Positions 51,790 through 64,000 of a stretch of 64,000 bases of DNA are shown piece by piece. The DNA comes from Balanoglossus misakiensis (Eukaryota; Animalia; Hemichordata). The DNA lies in contig CM082598.2 in NCBI GenBank assembly GCA_040954595.2, forward strand, positions 3,778,565 through 3,842,564. The letters are read 5' to 3'. A model generated the notes under the pieces. The model made no database searches, was not told where the DNA came from, and saw only the letters and a list, made by a program, of their open reading frames with translations. The number at the start of each line of letters is the position of its first letter. Position 1 is the first letter of the stretch. The translations under genes and the position numbers were made by a program.

Positions 51790-52611
51790 TCATAAGCTTA
51801 TGGTGGCTCTGATTCGTTTCTCGTGCATAGCCTCATAGTAAGGGATGGCCTCTTTGATGCGATCCTTTACGAACCCGGGGGCGTGCTCCCAGTCGACCTG
51901 TGCGTCAACAGTGGGTTGGAAGCCAGTGCTTTTCACGGCCTGGCCGAAGAAGGCCTTGGCCAAATTCGAATCGCTGTAGTTATCTTCCAACTGGGTGATG
52001 TAGTTATCTTCCCAGTGGGAGATGTTTCCTGCCTCCCATCGCAACATGTCGGTTCGAAACTCCAGACCGACGCTGGGACACCACTGTTTTAGGATGTCTT
52101 CTGGGTGATTGGCGAGCTCGTCTGAGTCGAGGACAACTGGCGGCTGGCGCAGCACCCCCGTGGCGTGTCTGAACAGTTCATACAGGTGTTTTAACCCCCC
52201 TCCCTCGGGGATCCAGGGTTCATACGGCATCCCGGCCTTCAAACAAGCCTGCCATAAGCTGGTGATGGATCTGCGGGGATCACGTATGATGAACGTGTGT
52301 TTGAAGTCAACCGGTAGACGTTCAAAGTTTCCATCCAGACAATAGGCCATGTCTTTACAGAAGACTACATTTTTTCCGGGGTAGACTCCTTCCAGCCTGT
52401 CTTTCACCTGGGCGTACCTGTACCCCCGTAGAGGGCGTGCGTGCTCCAGGTGGATGGGTCGCTCTTCGCCGTTATAGTATGCCATGGCGTACAGTTCGTG
52501 GAAAGCTTTAACTTCTGGGAGTGAGGCCACAGCTAGTGAGAAAGCCGTTGAACGGGAACGGGCGTGAGCCCAGGCCATAATTCGCAGTGGTGGTGTTCCG
52601 TCTGGATTCAT
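51790..52611 (-). CDS. Sulfotransferase-like P-loop protein (Sulfotransfer_5 family), copy 2, 273 aa
   Basis: Close paralog of 47341-48138 with an intact ORF and an in-frame 24-nt duplication. Acceptor at 52621-52623; upstream donor at 53421. Confidence 0.8.
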   Translation of the reverse strand: MNPDGTPPLRIMAWAHARSRSTAFSLAVASLPEVKAFHELYAMAYYNGEERPIHLEHARPLRGYRYAQVKDRLEGVYPGKNVVFCKDMAYCLDGNFERLPVDFKHTFIIRDPRRSITSLWQACLKAGMPYEPWIPEGGGLKHLYELFRHATGVLRQPPVVLDSDELANHPEDILKQWCPSVGLEFRTDMLRWEAGNISHWEDNYITQLEDNYSDSNLAKAFFGQAVKSTGFQPTVDAQVDWEHAPGFVKDRIKEAIPYYEAMHEKRIRATISL

Positions 52612-52894
52612 GTTTCTGACCTGCAAGAGGGACTAAACGAACGTTTCTTTGACTTACACGCTTGGCGCTAAGTGCATTATGTGTGGTTGAACGTGATTAT
52701 GCAGACTGTACTGAAACCATATATATATGCCGTCTTTTTCAGGGACGTTCAAAAATCGGCTACCATCGACAGCCCGGGTATCGATTACCACATGAAGATG
52801 ACCCAGCCTTCTCGAACGCATGTGTTTACTTTCCCCTTCAACGACATGGAACACACAATGTCACGAATTTCATTGTAATAACACTCTCTAATGG

Positions 52895-53330
52895 ACAGCC
52901 CTGCAAAGCTTCATAGACAAAACTGGCGAAACTCAACCGATTTGTGGCGGCAGGGAAGACCCCTAAGAACGCCGTCATATTGAATCTCGTTGACCAACCC
53001 TTTGGGTCTTCTTGCATAAACATCGAAAACGCAAGCAATCAGGGAGAGTTGAGCTCAAATTGTTAGCGACTGGAGTAATCGAGGCTAGTGACGAAGATCG
53101 ACGCACGTTTTGAGTTCAAAATCGGCGGTTTTCGGTAAGGAAACCCTGCCGCCACAAATCGGTTGAGTTTCACCAGTTTTGTCTATGAAGCTTTGCAGGG
53201 CTGTGGGTGGAGGCTCGCCGTAACAACACAGCCCTGCCACGCATAGCTACGTGGCAGGGCTGTGTTGTTACGGCGAGCCCTGTGGGTGGAGGGCTCGCCG
53301 TAACAACACAGCCCTGCCACGCAGAGCTAT
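52895..53330. mobile_element. MITE with ~60-bp TIRs (52895-53204) plus adjoining palindromic repeats in the intron of sulfotransferase copy 2
   Basis: ACAGCCCTGCAAAGCTTCATAGACAAAACTGG...CCAGTTTTGTCTATGAAGCTTTGCAGGGCTGT, then a GGCTCGCCGTAACAACACAGCCCTGCCACG hairpin and a repeat of it. Absent from copy 1. Confidence 0.7.
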
Positions 53331-56300
53331 TAAACATGGCTGTGTGGTGCGGTAGGTCAAGACGACCTCTTACCACAATGCATATGATATAGATTTTCTG
53401 AAAATTACCACGAATACTCACACAAGATCGACGAGACTATTTTTGCACGTCACCGGATTTGCTGTTTAACAGGCGGCGGATCTCTCTCAACTGATACCAC
53501 CCTTTACGTCTGTTGCAACAGGTCCAGGCAGGTCCACGTGTCTGCAACGCAAACGCCCTCACGCGACAGGCGATTCGACCAATCAGAGACGAGTATTTTT
53601 AGGCTCAGCAAAATCACAGCGACGCTCACAACAATCACGTAAACATTGAAAAAGGTGAGTTAACGAGTTAATTCGACGAAATATGATAATATTTTACTTT
53701 TTTTTTCAATTTTATTATAAAGAATAGTTATTGCATCACTCGGTTTGGTATAGTAACGATAATAGATGTTAATCGCGTCGCTATATAGAGGGCGCAAACC
53801 TCTGATAGGGGAGGTAGCTCAGCGTGGGAAGGCTGTGTGCCTTTAGTACGGCCTCAACCAGGCTTGGCCGTAAGACACACAGCCCTGTCTAGAGCTATAG
53901 GGAGGGCTAATGAAGGTAGTGGAGTTAAGACCGACAGATGACGATGGCGCCTTGCATGGGAACTTCGCTGTGCCACTGACTTTTTGCCTCCATTGAACAC
54001 TCGCTTGCTGCAGAGTGATGCGAACGTAACCAAAAGTAGCTGCAACTCTTCACATTGCGGGCGCCCTCTCCTTGAATGGAATTTCAGCGCCGGTGTTTCT
54101 ATGGACAACAACACTGTCGATAAAAAGCATTTTGGTTTTATTGATTATTGGTATAAGGGGCCTACATTCTATTGTTTTTTGTTCTCGCAGACCGCCTGGG
54201 CGTAATTACATGAATATAAATCAAAATATATAAGTCAAATATGCATAATTCGTTAAAAGCATGCAACTTAAGTATTCAAAGTAGTTATAGCATCTACAAG
54301 GTATTCGCACGTGCTTTTAGAGCACCACTGCCAAATTTATCAAATTCTGTTGTTTTTTTATAATTTGTCAATGTTTTACTTTTAGTTTTCGTTGACCATT
54401 TATATCTGTCAATGAAAGCAAATAAGCGTTAGTTTTAAGGAAAAGTCCGCCAGTGAGCATATATAAAACGAAGATTGAGTGTTTAGTCTGGTTCCGCGCC
54501 CCAACCACCAACAATCAGATGTGACGTGTGTACGCTCTCGCTAGGTTACAGAAAAGTAAACAGTGCGTTCGCAAAAAAAAAAAATTAACACGGGCGAGAT
54601 GTGCCACGTACGATGAAGCTTACGGCGAAATTGCCAATTATTCTTGTACTTTCTCTCGTTTCGAGGTCGACAACCCGTCCACGCGTACAATCTCAGCGGT
54701 GAAGCGAGACGGGAGCTTTCACAGGTGTTCGCCGGCGAGCTACGGTAACCCTTTTCGCCAAAATAAACAATTCTCCCGGTAACGAAGGAATCGGGTCTGC
54801 TTATTTTGGGGGGAAAGACGCATGAGCTAAAATTAAACTCCCCGGGGCGTTTTCCTCCCCCTTTTTTGGACAGTGAGTTCCGGTGAGTCATTTTCTTCCA
54901 TATCAATGCTGTACACAATTGTATTTGTTAGCGACCGAATCCTATTGTTCAGTTCATCGACACAGGTTCTGGCATATTTACCATGCAACGCATGGATGAC
55001 TTTGGTGCTGAAACGAACTCCACATACATATATTCATTTCTGTAAACAAAACAAAACAGCAAGTTGATATGCAAGTTTCTAATTTTTAATGTTGACTATT
55101 TTCGTGTTTCAACTACAAGTTGGTGTTCAATGTACTTCCTACGGCATGCTGAAATGCCAGTTTGATTGCAGTAAGCGTGTGTGTGCGTGTATGTGTTTGT
55201 ATGTTTGTGTGTATTTGCGTGTATGTGTGTCTTACATACATTGTTACTTTTACTAAATGTATTCGGGAACAATAACATGAGGGAATTGATACACGAAATA
55301 AAACAAATTGACACCAATTATAAGTTTTCGCTCATAAACATGATATACTCATATCATAGCCAACGATGTCGCAGTATTTGTCATTTTATGTGTAAAGGGG
55401 TATCGTTATCTGAATGCAGTCTCCTGAGGTATATATGCCCTCCCATTCCCTCCCCTATCAACATAGAGGAGGTGTTTGTGAGCGCTTCTACAAACAGAAC
55501 TATCGAGAATAAGCACAACTTTGCCCGCTTGCCACGTGGGCTGTGTTATCGGTTGAGTGAGGTCAGGTAAGATTTGAAACACTGCTGTAAATTGACTTCG
55601 CATACAACACCGTGTGATACGAAGCATCCATTCCGACACAATAAGGAACAATAGGTGGGAAAACAACAATGGCCCTTTGTAAAAAGTTGACATGCCTTTT
55701 GTTGTGTGTCGCCGCCAGTCGGAAACATTTGAAATATGTACATGTGTATTCGACCATGTTGCTTCCGGTGCCTTGGTTACAGTGCATGCGCAATACCCGG
55801 TGCGCATTAACTGGACTTTCTGGAAAACATACATACGTGTACCGTAGCCTCGGGGACAGTTTTGTCTGACAACATTAATATCAACCCAGGAGAAAAACAG
55901 AACTGTATTTCTTTGTAACTTAATTTACTCATATTAAACTGTTGTTTTAGGGAAATGCTATATTATTTCAGGTATAGAGTTGTAATACAGGTTTCTGTCG
56001 AAAATGGTAACTTTTTTCACAATTCGTGTCGTGGTATGCAGAACATCAATATATCGAGGGCAACCCTTAGATGAGTGGGGGGGGGTGTTCTAAAACGTGG
56101 CAGACACTTAGGAGCGGGTTCATCTCAAACTGGTCCCAAACGCACAGTTTATGTCTGAATAGCGAGAAAAATGTAGTAATTTACTGATTGGTCAGATGCA
56201 GAAGTATCTTAGTATTTATGCAAAATAGTTATGTGGTCCAGCAGTGTCAGAATGAATACACGCAATTCCGTCAATATCATTTTACACATTAAATGAGACA

Positions 56301-57299
56301 AAAAGAGAAACGGGGGAGATGGAGAGAGAGGGGGGAGGAAGGAAGAGAGAGGGGGAGAGAGAGAAAGGGGAGAGGCACGGAAAGAACAGAGAAAGAGTCT
56401 GACAGACAGACAGACTGGCAGGCATGCAGACAGACAGACAGATACAATCTCACGAGTAAAAAGAAGGGAGAAAAGACGGGTTTTACTTTTCCATATTTTA
56501 CTAGATTTTCCATGTAGCCAGTATACTGCTAGGCTACATTGAAGGGTAGATTGGGGCTAAATTTCAACTTACAATACATGTAGTACAAATTCCCTATCCA
56601 TCATTTGCAAAATTTATCCACCTCAAGTACAAACACGTTCTGGTTTTTCCCCATAAAATATTGACAGGCGATTCATCATCATCACCTGCACAAAAAGATG
56701 AATCAGCACAATTTTCATTACGAGGGCTGAGTGACTCATCACACAAACATTACCCCAATTCTTTCATTTCGTCGAAATGATCTCTCTGACACTTGCAAAG
56801 ATCACTAACATCTCTTTAATGTTGTCCTGGTAACCATTAAATGGAAGTTTTGCCTGCCTTCGTTTGATGTTTAACGTGTATAATATTAAACATCACCCGC
56901 CTTAACTATCACCGTTCCATTGGCTAAAATAAAACGCACGCACCTTACTTTTTTTTCAGGAATTCGACAATTTTTAACAGTTTTACACACTAAGACTGGG
57001 AACTACTTTGCTCTTGGTTATTCTGTCTGCCTCTGTGATGTTAGACTAACTTTCTGTAAGAGACGGGCGCTGCTCGCGTAGTGAGCTCACTTGCGGCGTT
57101 ATCGTCAACCCACCCCTCGTCTGACCGCAGGAATTTGAGATTCTGAGATGGAATATTTGCCATGGGTATACAGAATCTTACTGAAATAGCCACTCATCGA
57201 TATCAGGTAGTTAGTTAACTTTTTGTTACTTTCAACTGACCAGACAAGACTTTACCTTCCCGGAGAGAAAGCTGCCCTCGTCTTCTTTAGTTTGGCCCT

Positions 57300-57776
57300 A
57301 AATGACGGCGTGGGCGTGTGCGTTGGTGTACAAATGATGAATCACGGAAGTGAGCTGTGGGCGTGACGATTATATATAAATATATCTAAATTTGACAAAA
57401 CTTGGATACCACCAACATTCTGTTTACTTTGAGCGCGACTTCGTTGCTGGTGGTGATGTCATGACAACACTCATCTCCAGGCACGAAGCGTCGACCAATC
57501 GCACAGCGTTAGGCAGAGCACGTGATTCCGGAAGCGAACTCCTGTCCAATGAGGTTTGGCTATTACACCGCTGCCCAGTAGCTATAATGTTGGCGTTCTT
57601 CGGGAGTTTTTCCAGATGAAGCGGCCTCTCCATCGTCTCAAGATAACCACAAAGAGCGAAGAACCTCGACTGTGAACGATTGCATCTTGAAGAAGCAACA
57701 GGTGGTTTGTTCTAGCTAATCTGTTAATATTTTTGTTTGTCTGACCCACACGCATTTCATCCAGCATCTGGTAAGT
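57300..57776 (+). promoter_or_regulatory. Putative TATA promoter and non-coding first exon of an unidentified downstream gene
   Basis: GC boxes GGCGTGGGCGTG at 57307, ETS CGGAAGTG at 57345, TATATATAAA at 57371, strong donor CTG|GTAAGT at 57771. Confidence 0.4.
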
Positions 57777-60700
57777 TATTTTTATTTTTTCCCCGTTTCT
57801 TCGGTGATGTTTTTCACAGCGGTTGTAGCCAAGAGCAAGGTATTGAAATGCTATGCAATACGTGAATCAATATCGCTGTTAGATAAAATGGGTAGCACTA
57901 CCACGCTTTGTCTTTAATCAACTTGAGGAGCCAGTCTGAACGTGTAAGTTCAGTATCACAACATCTGGGAAGAAAACTTAATCAGAGTGTTCCCTTTTCG
58001 TACTTGGTGTTGACTGGACCGGCCTTGGGATATATCAGATATCAATTTCCATGTGAGTAAGTCAACAAGAGATTGTTCAACGGTACTCTATACGGCGGGA
58101 TAGCGTAACACGAGATTTGAATGAAATTTCCCTCGTGCTCCAAATAGCCAACATATCTTTACTCGTTACAATGAAATAGTTTTCCCATCGAGATGTCATA
58201 CCCGCTATCAGCATGGGAGGTTGAAATTGATAGCAAGGCGAACATTTTTTTACGTGACTCTCAGTGTACTAGTTGTCAGTGACATCGTGCTATTCAATAT
58301 ACCTTTATTCTATCATAAAGTTACGTCGCTTTAAACTAAATCCAACCCATTTATCTATCCTGCTGGATTTCGCACAATTGAAAATATCTTATCAGGGACA
58401 ATATATCATTTATGAAAATGTTGATGGGACGTTTTCATTGTGAGAATGGTTAAGCAAGAGTGCTTTTATGATGGATGGTTGGGTGGGCATGTATACATGT
58501 ATACGGCATGTTTGTTTTTAAATATTGGGGGAAAATGCTGGTGGGTAGTGATCTATGGTTGAACCCAAAAATGTAATAGTTGAGTTGATACAACCACTCA
58601 TTGATCACATTTTATTGAACATGTTTCAGTGAACAGAAAAATGTAAAAGAGGCTCTAAAATGAAGCCACAATAACCAAATGATGTTAAAAGTGTGCGATT
58701 TTATCTTTAAAGGACAAAATCGTTCCCCATAACCATTTATATCTCTCGCTTAATGCATACCAGGGGGCCAATGTCCCTTGCAAGCGCCCTCTAACGTTAG
58801 AAACGCCTTGGCCTGTGCGTGGTGCAGAGGAACCACGCCACCAGGCGTCTTATACATGTTATACTGACTTGCTGGTCTGGTCCCCTGCCCCATCCTCGCC
58901 GCTGGCTGCGCTGCCCTTTCGTGGGTGTGGCGCTTCAAGAACAACTCTGCCATTTTTAGTTCCGTTCACTTCTTTCAGTTGATCGTTTTCACGGTTACAA
59001 AGCAATGTGAACAGAATCTAAGCAAATGAAGGGACAACATATTGCAAACAAAAAAAATATTCCCTCAACAATATGGAAAGCATAGCAACTTCCTGTAAAT
59101 GATTCGCTTTTCACAGTGCCATGGTTTAATTGTCTGGGATTTTACGCAGTTTGGTCTGTTGAAAAAAAATCATGAACCGAAAAATAATGAACGGAAGACT
59201 GCCAAATGTCGCAGCTGTTTGCTGGTGAATGAATGAAAAGGTTGGTTTGGGATAATAACCGGGCATCGCGAAGTAATCAAATTTATGAAAGTACCACCAT
59301 CCACGAAACTAGTCTTCTAGTGTTTTAAAAGCAGATATTTTGATAGAATAAAGTTATATTTATTGAAGGTGATCCTATGATTGGTAAAATAGACAAGCAC
59401 ATATGTTCACCTACAGCTATCAGTTTCGATCTCCCAGCGCCCATGCTGATATACCGTGCATCGAATCTAGATGGGAAAATTATTCCATTGTAGCGAGTAA
59501 AGATATATGTTGGCTATTTGGAGTATGGGGGAAATTTCATTCAAATATCGCGTTACTTTTTCTCGCGGCCGTAGTGGAAATCGATATCAATGTATTCCAA
59601 TATCACAAGGTCGAATAACCACCTAGTACCTGGTACGATAAGGTCACATTCTGAAATTGAGTTTCTCTTCAGATCGCGTGACCTCACGAGTCAATATAAT
59701 ATAACAATTTAGTGGTTTTCCGCGAAGCGTCTGTTTTCTCCCCACTGACTGTATTCTTTCCTGCAGGTGTTGTGTCCTAGTGACGAAACGTCAACTTCAC
59801 TTTTGTCATTATTTTGGTTCGTTCATACTGACTCACGTACTCGTTGTATATATACACATACACATGCATATATATATTGTCATGCCATCTGAATACTGCC
59901 TACGAAATGGTTTTTGGCATTGACCAAAAACCAATGGTTGAAATAAACGTGTATTTTGTCCGCTATATACAGGGTGTGAGTTCAATTGAGACAATTGGTC
60001 ATTCAGTATATTTAAGAGGACTGTACGACATCAGCTTTTCCACTGTCTATGCTTTAATTTCCTTAAAAAGATAAACTTTGACAATAATGAAAACTGGGAC
60101 GAGAGAGGGTAGGGGTTCCACCGTAGAAGACGTCCTTGTTGGCCGAGAGCGCCGCATTTTGCTGTCATTGAGCCCACATCGTAGGATCGGATGTTGAAGT
60201 CCGAGCTTGTGTGTGTTCGTACGTGACCGGAAAGAGGTCGAATTACGGTTCAGAATCGAGTGCGATTTGTACGAGAGTAGTAAAAAAAGTTTAGTAGGGT
60301 GAAAATATACGGAGAGAAAAAACAGTAAAGTTATAGGGTTTATTTTAATACCTATAATAACCGATTCAGTCTTGCATGGGCAAGGACTTAAAGACACCCG
60401 ATGCGTTCACTCATCGCCATGGCAACCATCCGTTTATTTGGCGCACCGGTTTCCCTGTCTTGAAGTTGCTCACTCCACCAAAGTTACATGTTACCCCGGC
60501 TTGGCTGCTGTCTACTGCGCCTATACGTGGATGTGATCTTCTCCCTCCTCTACTGTCTATGATGTGATATGCCGAAGAGATGAGAGTGGCCAGAGCGTTC
60601 GTTTGGCCGGGAATGACCATGACCTGACCTGAACTTTTCTGGTCACCCGGCGGTCATCTGAGATCGAGTTGCACTCTTAAAGTGTATGGGTTCACGCAGT

Positions 60701-62896
60701 AAAAGTAATAAAAAGTCTGTTGAACAAACTATACGAGTGATGTGTTTTACTGATGTACTAGTATAACTCTGCTCTATATGATAGAACAAGTGAAATTTTC
60801 TCTTACTGACAATAAAATTGTTTTGTTTTTTTTTTGTCACGTTTCTTCATTTGTTTTGTGTTTTGCTGTGTCCGGCTGTGCTGTGGTATGTTGTGTTGTG
60901 AGTTGATTGATTGGAGTCGCCCAGTTGAGATGTGTTGGGATTCAGATATAACCTTTGTCGAAGAAAATACCAATTGCCTTCATATTGGTACCATATTGTT
61001 ATATTTTTTATCATATACCGTTGTTTTCGTGTCAACGTAATTACACCATCGGCAATTCATTTTAGAAAGAAAAAAAAAACACAATATGTTGAGGTCGTGC
61101 AAATTTTTGTGGCTCCATAATATTTTTTTTCGTGCGGGTCGGAAGGCATAATTCAATTTTTGATTCTGATGCATGATTGAAATCATTTAGAGAAATGGAA
61201 ATATTACCATATGCTTAATCAACTTTCGGTTCAGCTGAGAACAATTGCACATCTGCAGGGGTGATGCAGTATAGTGGATAGTTCGTGATCTTCCATCTGG
61301 TGTTCCTTTGAGTTTTACTGTAGTCGCCACAGTTGGCTGATCTTTGCTTGCGTGAGTATGCAAGGTTCATGGAAATACACCGAGATTTCTGTGTAACAAC
61401 CAGTGCCCATGTCACGATGCGCAGTGCAGGTTCACATTGACGTCTCGTGACGTCTGGCTTGTGTTAGTGTATCCCCAGGTGCTGAGGTGAAGCGACAAAA
61501 TATTGAACAGGGCAAAATTTGTCACCTTTGACATATCTTTCGTTGGTAGATTTTTCATTGTTCTCGTACTGAAATATTCTGGATTACCGGTTACTTCTCA
61601 ACCATGCCCAATATCGTGGAAAAATCCACGATACATACTGAACGTCACGGTGCAAACTTCTACGTGCAAGGGTACAGGTCAAATAGTCCAAAGTTCACCT
61701 TGCGCCCAGACAACTTCTCACACAAAACAGAAATGTCGAACATGATGTCACAACGGTCAACGACTTAACCCATTTAAATAAAGATATTTTCTGATAACTG
61801 ATGTTCGTTTTAACCCTTTCACGCTCGTTTCCCTCTATAGAGGTCCAACTTCACCATAGAAAACAATGTGCTTGGACAAAACCATGGTGGTGAAATGGGT
61901 AAAGAAAGGGTGTATAGTTCATGATGTGTAGTTTGAACGGTCCTGTGTACACCTGTACCAAATAAGAGGGGGGTGTCCCCCCCCCCCCCCAATTGATCAT
62001 GCACTTGGTTACATAGTAAATGCTTTCCCCGTATGGCACAGTTTGTTCTAGATTCTATACGTGTTTTTCTAAGACCACTTGTCGAGACTAATCGTACCAT
62101 GGTGTATAGGGTGTGGTAACCTAGTCTGTATACTGCGTGTGTTTTTTCGCATGGGGTGTGGTCAATTGTCATTGCAGAGAACTTGGGTTATTGTCAAGAT
62201 GATGTTTGACTTTCGAATCAATCTCAGAATACGCAAATTACGCGCAATTGGTTCGCTCCTGGGTGGAAATCTGCATGAGAATGTATAGTTGTCGCCCATG
62301 TTATGTAATTCATGGGATATCTTCAGTCTGCGGTCAGGACTATTTGCCCTTCTTGGGGTCGGTGACCGTTCTCCCAATCGGAATACGCACAGAAGTACGT
62401 AGCCATGGTAATGCTTTCTAAACACGTCAAAACATTTAGTCATGGAAAAGTCTCCCAATCTCGCATGTTTCACGGACCGTCACAAACTCCTAAATCACAA
62501 AACGTTGAAGTTTGAGACTCCAATTATCAGAACTGGTCATGTTCACACTAAGTTCAGAAATGCATACCAGGTGCCTCACACTGGTATACGACTGCTCGTA
62601 TAAAAGAAAACAATAACAGACTACACTTATGTGTTACATGTAATGTTGAAAACGATCTCTTCGCTCAAATCAGCATTGGCATGACAAAAGTGTCTTTTTC
62701 TCGAAAAGTCCCAGGGTATCTTAAATGCGGACCTTCTTTATCAGCTTATCAAAAGCCAAATGGATTAACTCGATAATGATTTCAATGGAAAGCAGTGGCT
62801 TTCCACCGCATAGACGTTCGATGTCAACAAGAACTAGTGCGAGAATCGGGGATTGGAAATCGCCCCTTTATTAAAAATCTGCGGTGTATACGACAG

Positions 62897-63001
62897 CCTG
62901 AGAGATAGACTCTCTCACAGCCCATGGTTCGCTACAACAAGCTCTTCACTGAAAGCCTGCATGGACGGCGAGAGGGGCTGTGAGAGAGTCTACCTGAGAG
63001 A
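62897..63001. mobile_element. 87-bp mini-element with 18-bp TIRs and 9-bp TSD
   Basis: CCTGAGAGA|TAGACTCTCTCACAGCCC...GGGCTGTGAGAGAGTCTA|CCTGAGAGA. Confidence 0.75.
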
Positions 63002-64000
63002 TTGCTGTGTAGCTAAGTGTTGGTCACGAGTTTAGGTCATAGTACTGGCGGTCATGTCCGGAGTCAGCGAATGATGACACGACGCTGACCATTGACTTGT
63101 TATACACTGAGAAACACGTATACCCATATATTGGAGATACAGAAATCTAGGGAATACAGGCAGGAAGTCTCGGACATTGATCCTTCCACCTCGTGGCACG
63201 CATTTCTGTGTTTTCAACTACACTTGTATTTGTAATCAAAACCATCTCACCATATGGAGGTGTTAGAGTTCCTGGGGACCTACATGGCGTGACCGTGAAC
63301 GTGCGAAACCCACGGCCCAGAGATGTCCCTGATTGTTACTGGTTACACTAAGTTTCCTCGTAAAACACTTTGCGTAGTCCAAGTTTCCCATCTATTAAAT
63401 TGTATGACAAGATACTTCGAACCAAAAACCAAAATAACAACTTGAATGTTTTTTACTAGTAAGGCATACGTTTTCCTGAATTTAACCTCTAGAAGAATTG
63501 GGGAAGATATATAGTTTTGTTTTCATCATGAACTCGTCGAGATAGTAAATATTGACCCTTTCACCCCTGTTACCTCTATAGTGGTCCAACCTTACCATAG
63601 AAAGCACTGGGTTTGAACCATGGTGACGAAAGGAATATTTTCCCTCGGTAGTATATGATATTTATAAACTGACCCCCACTTAGCTTCCGTGGATGACAAC
63701 TTGTTTTGACTAACAAAAGCCGTTGAGCATGAACGGGTGATAAACTTGTCCTGGGTCTTCTTGACATAGATCTTTTTAGGCTTTGTGCGTTCCTGGCCAT
63801 ATTCTGCCGGGGTCTCATTGGCCCATATAACGCATGGCGTTGGTTTTGACTGTAAACGGCGAGGTTGACCGCATGGGAAAAGTTTCATGGCTATACGCAC
63901 GGTGTATCATACATTTACTAACGCATCCTCGTGTTGAGTTTGCAAACTTTATTAATTCCATATCGGATAAATAAGTTTACTAGAAAAGTCACTTTGCAAC

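Larger units (their letters stand above)
47259..54058. repeat. Direct segmental duplication: unit 47259-49490 and unit 51704-54058, separated by the LINE
   Basis: Both units start GTCTCCGGGCTAGTCTGTGTGCGGCATTGACC and end AACTCTTCACATTG. Each contains the gene, shared intron segments, the upstream exon and promoter region. Confidence 0.9.

Overview
Eukaryotic, intron-containing animal genomic DNA with AT-rich introns and GC-rich exons. The gene content and repeats suggest an invertebrate deuterostome, possibly a hemichordate (inference, not established). GT-AG exon chains were traced by hand with consistent phases for these loci: a vWA + DUF4537 + coiled-coil gene (VWA3B/C11orf16-like, minus), NDUFB2 (plus, head-to-head with it), PRDM4 (minus, 10 coding exons), an SLC10 Na+/bile-acid-type transporter, a membrane-anchored type-B carboxylesterase, a plant/fungal-type flavin polyamine oxidase, and two tandem Sulfotransfer_5-type genes. 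The most unusual structures are three. (1) The SLC10 locus has one first coding exon and two intact, diverged copies of exons 2+3, giving two predicted isoforms with different C-terminal halves and different PDZ-type ends. (2) The sulfotransferase-like gene is duplicated as ~2.2-kb direct repeats that exactly flank a 5'-truncated L1/Tx1 LINE, like a giant target-site duplication. (3) Transporter, esterase, amine oxidase and two sulfotransferase-like genes are adjacent, a possible small-molecule cluster (speculative). Many MITEs and microsatellites are present. No rRNA, intact tRNA or CRISPR array was seen.
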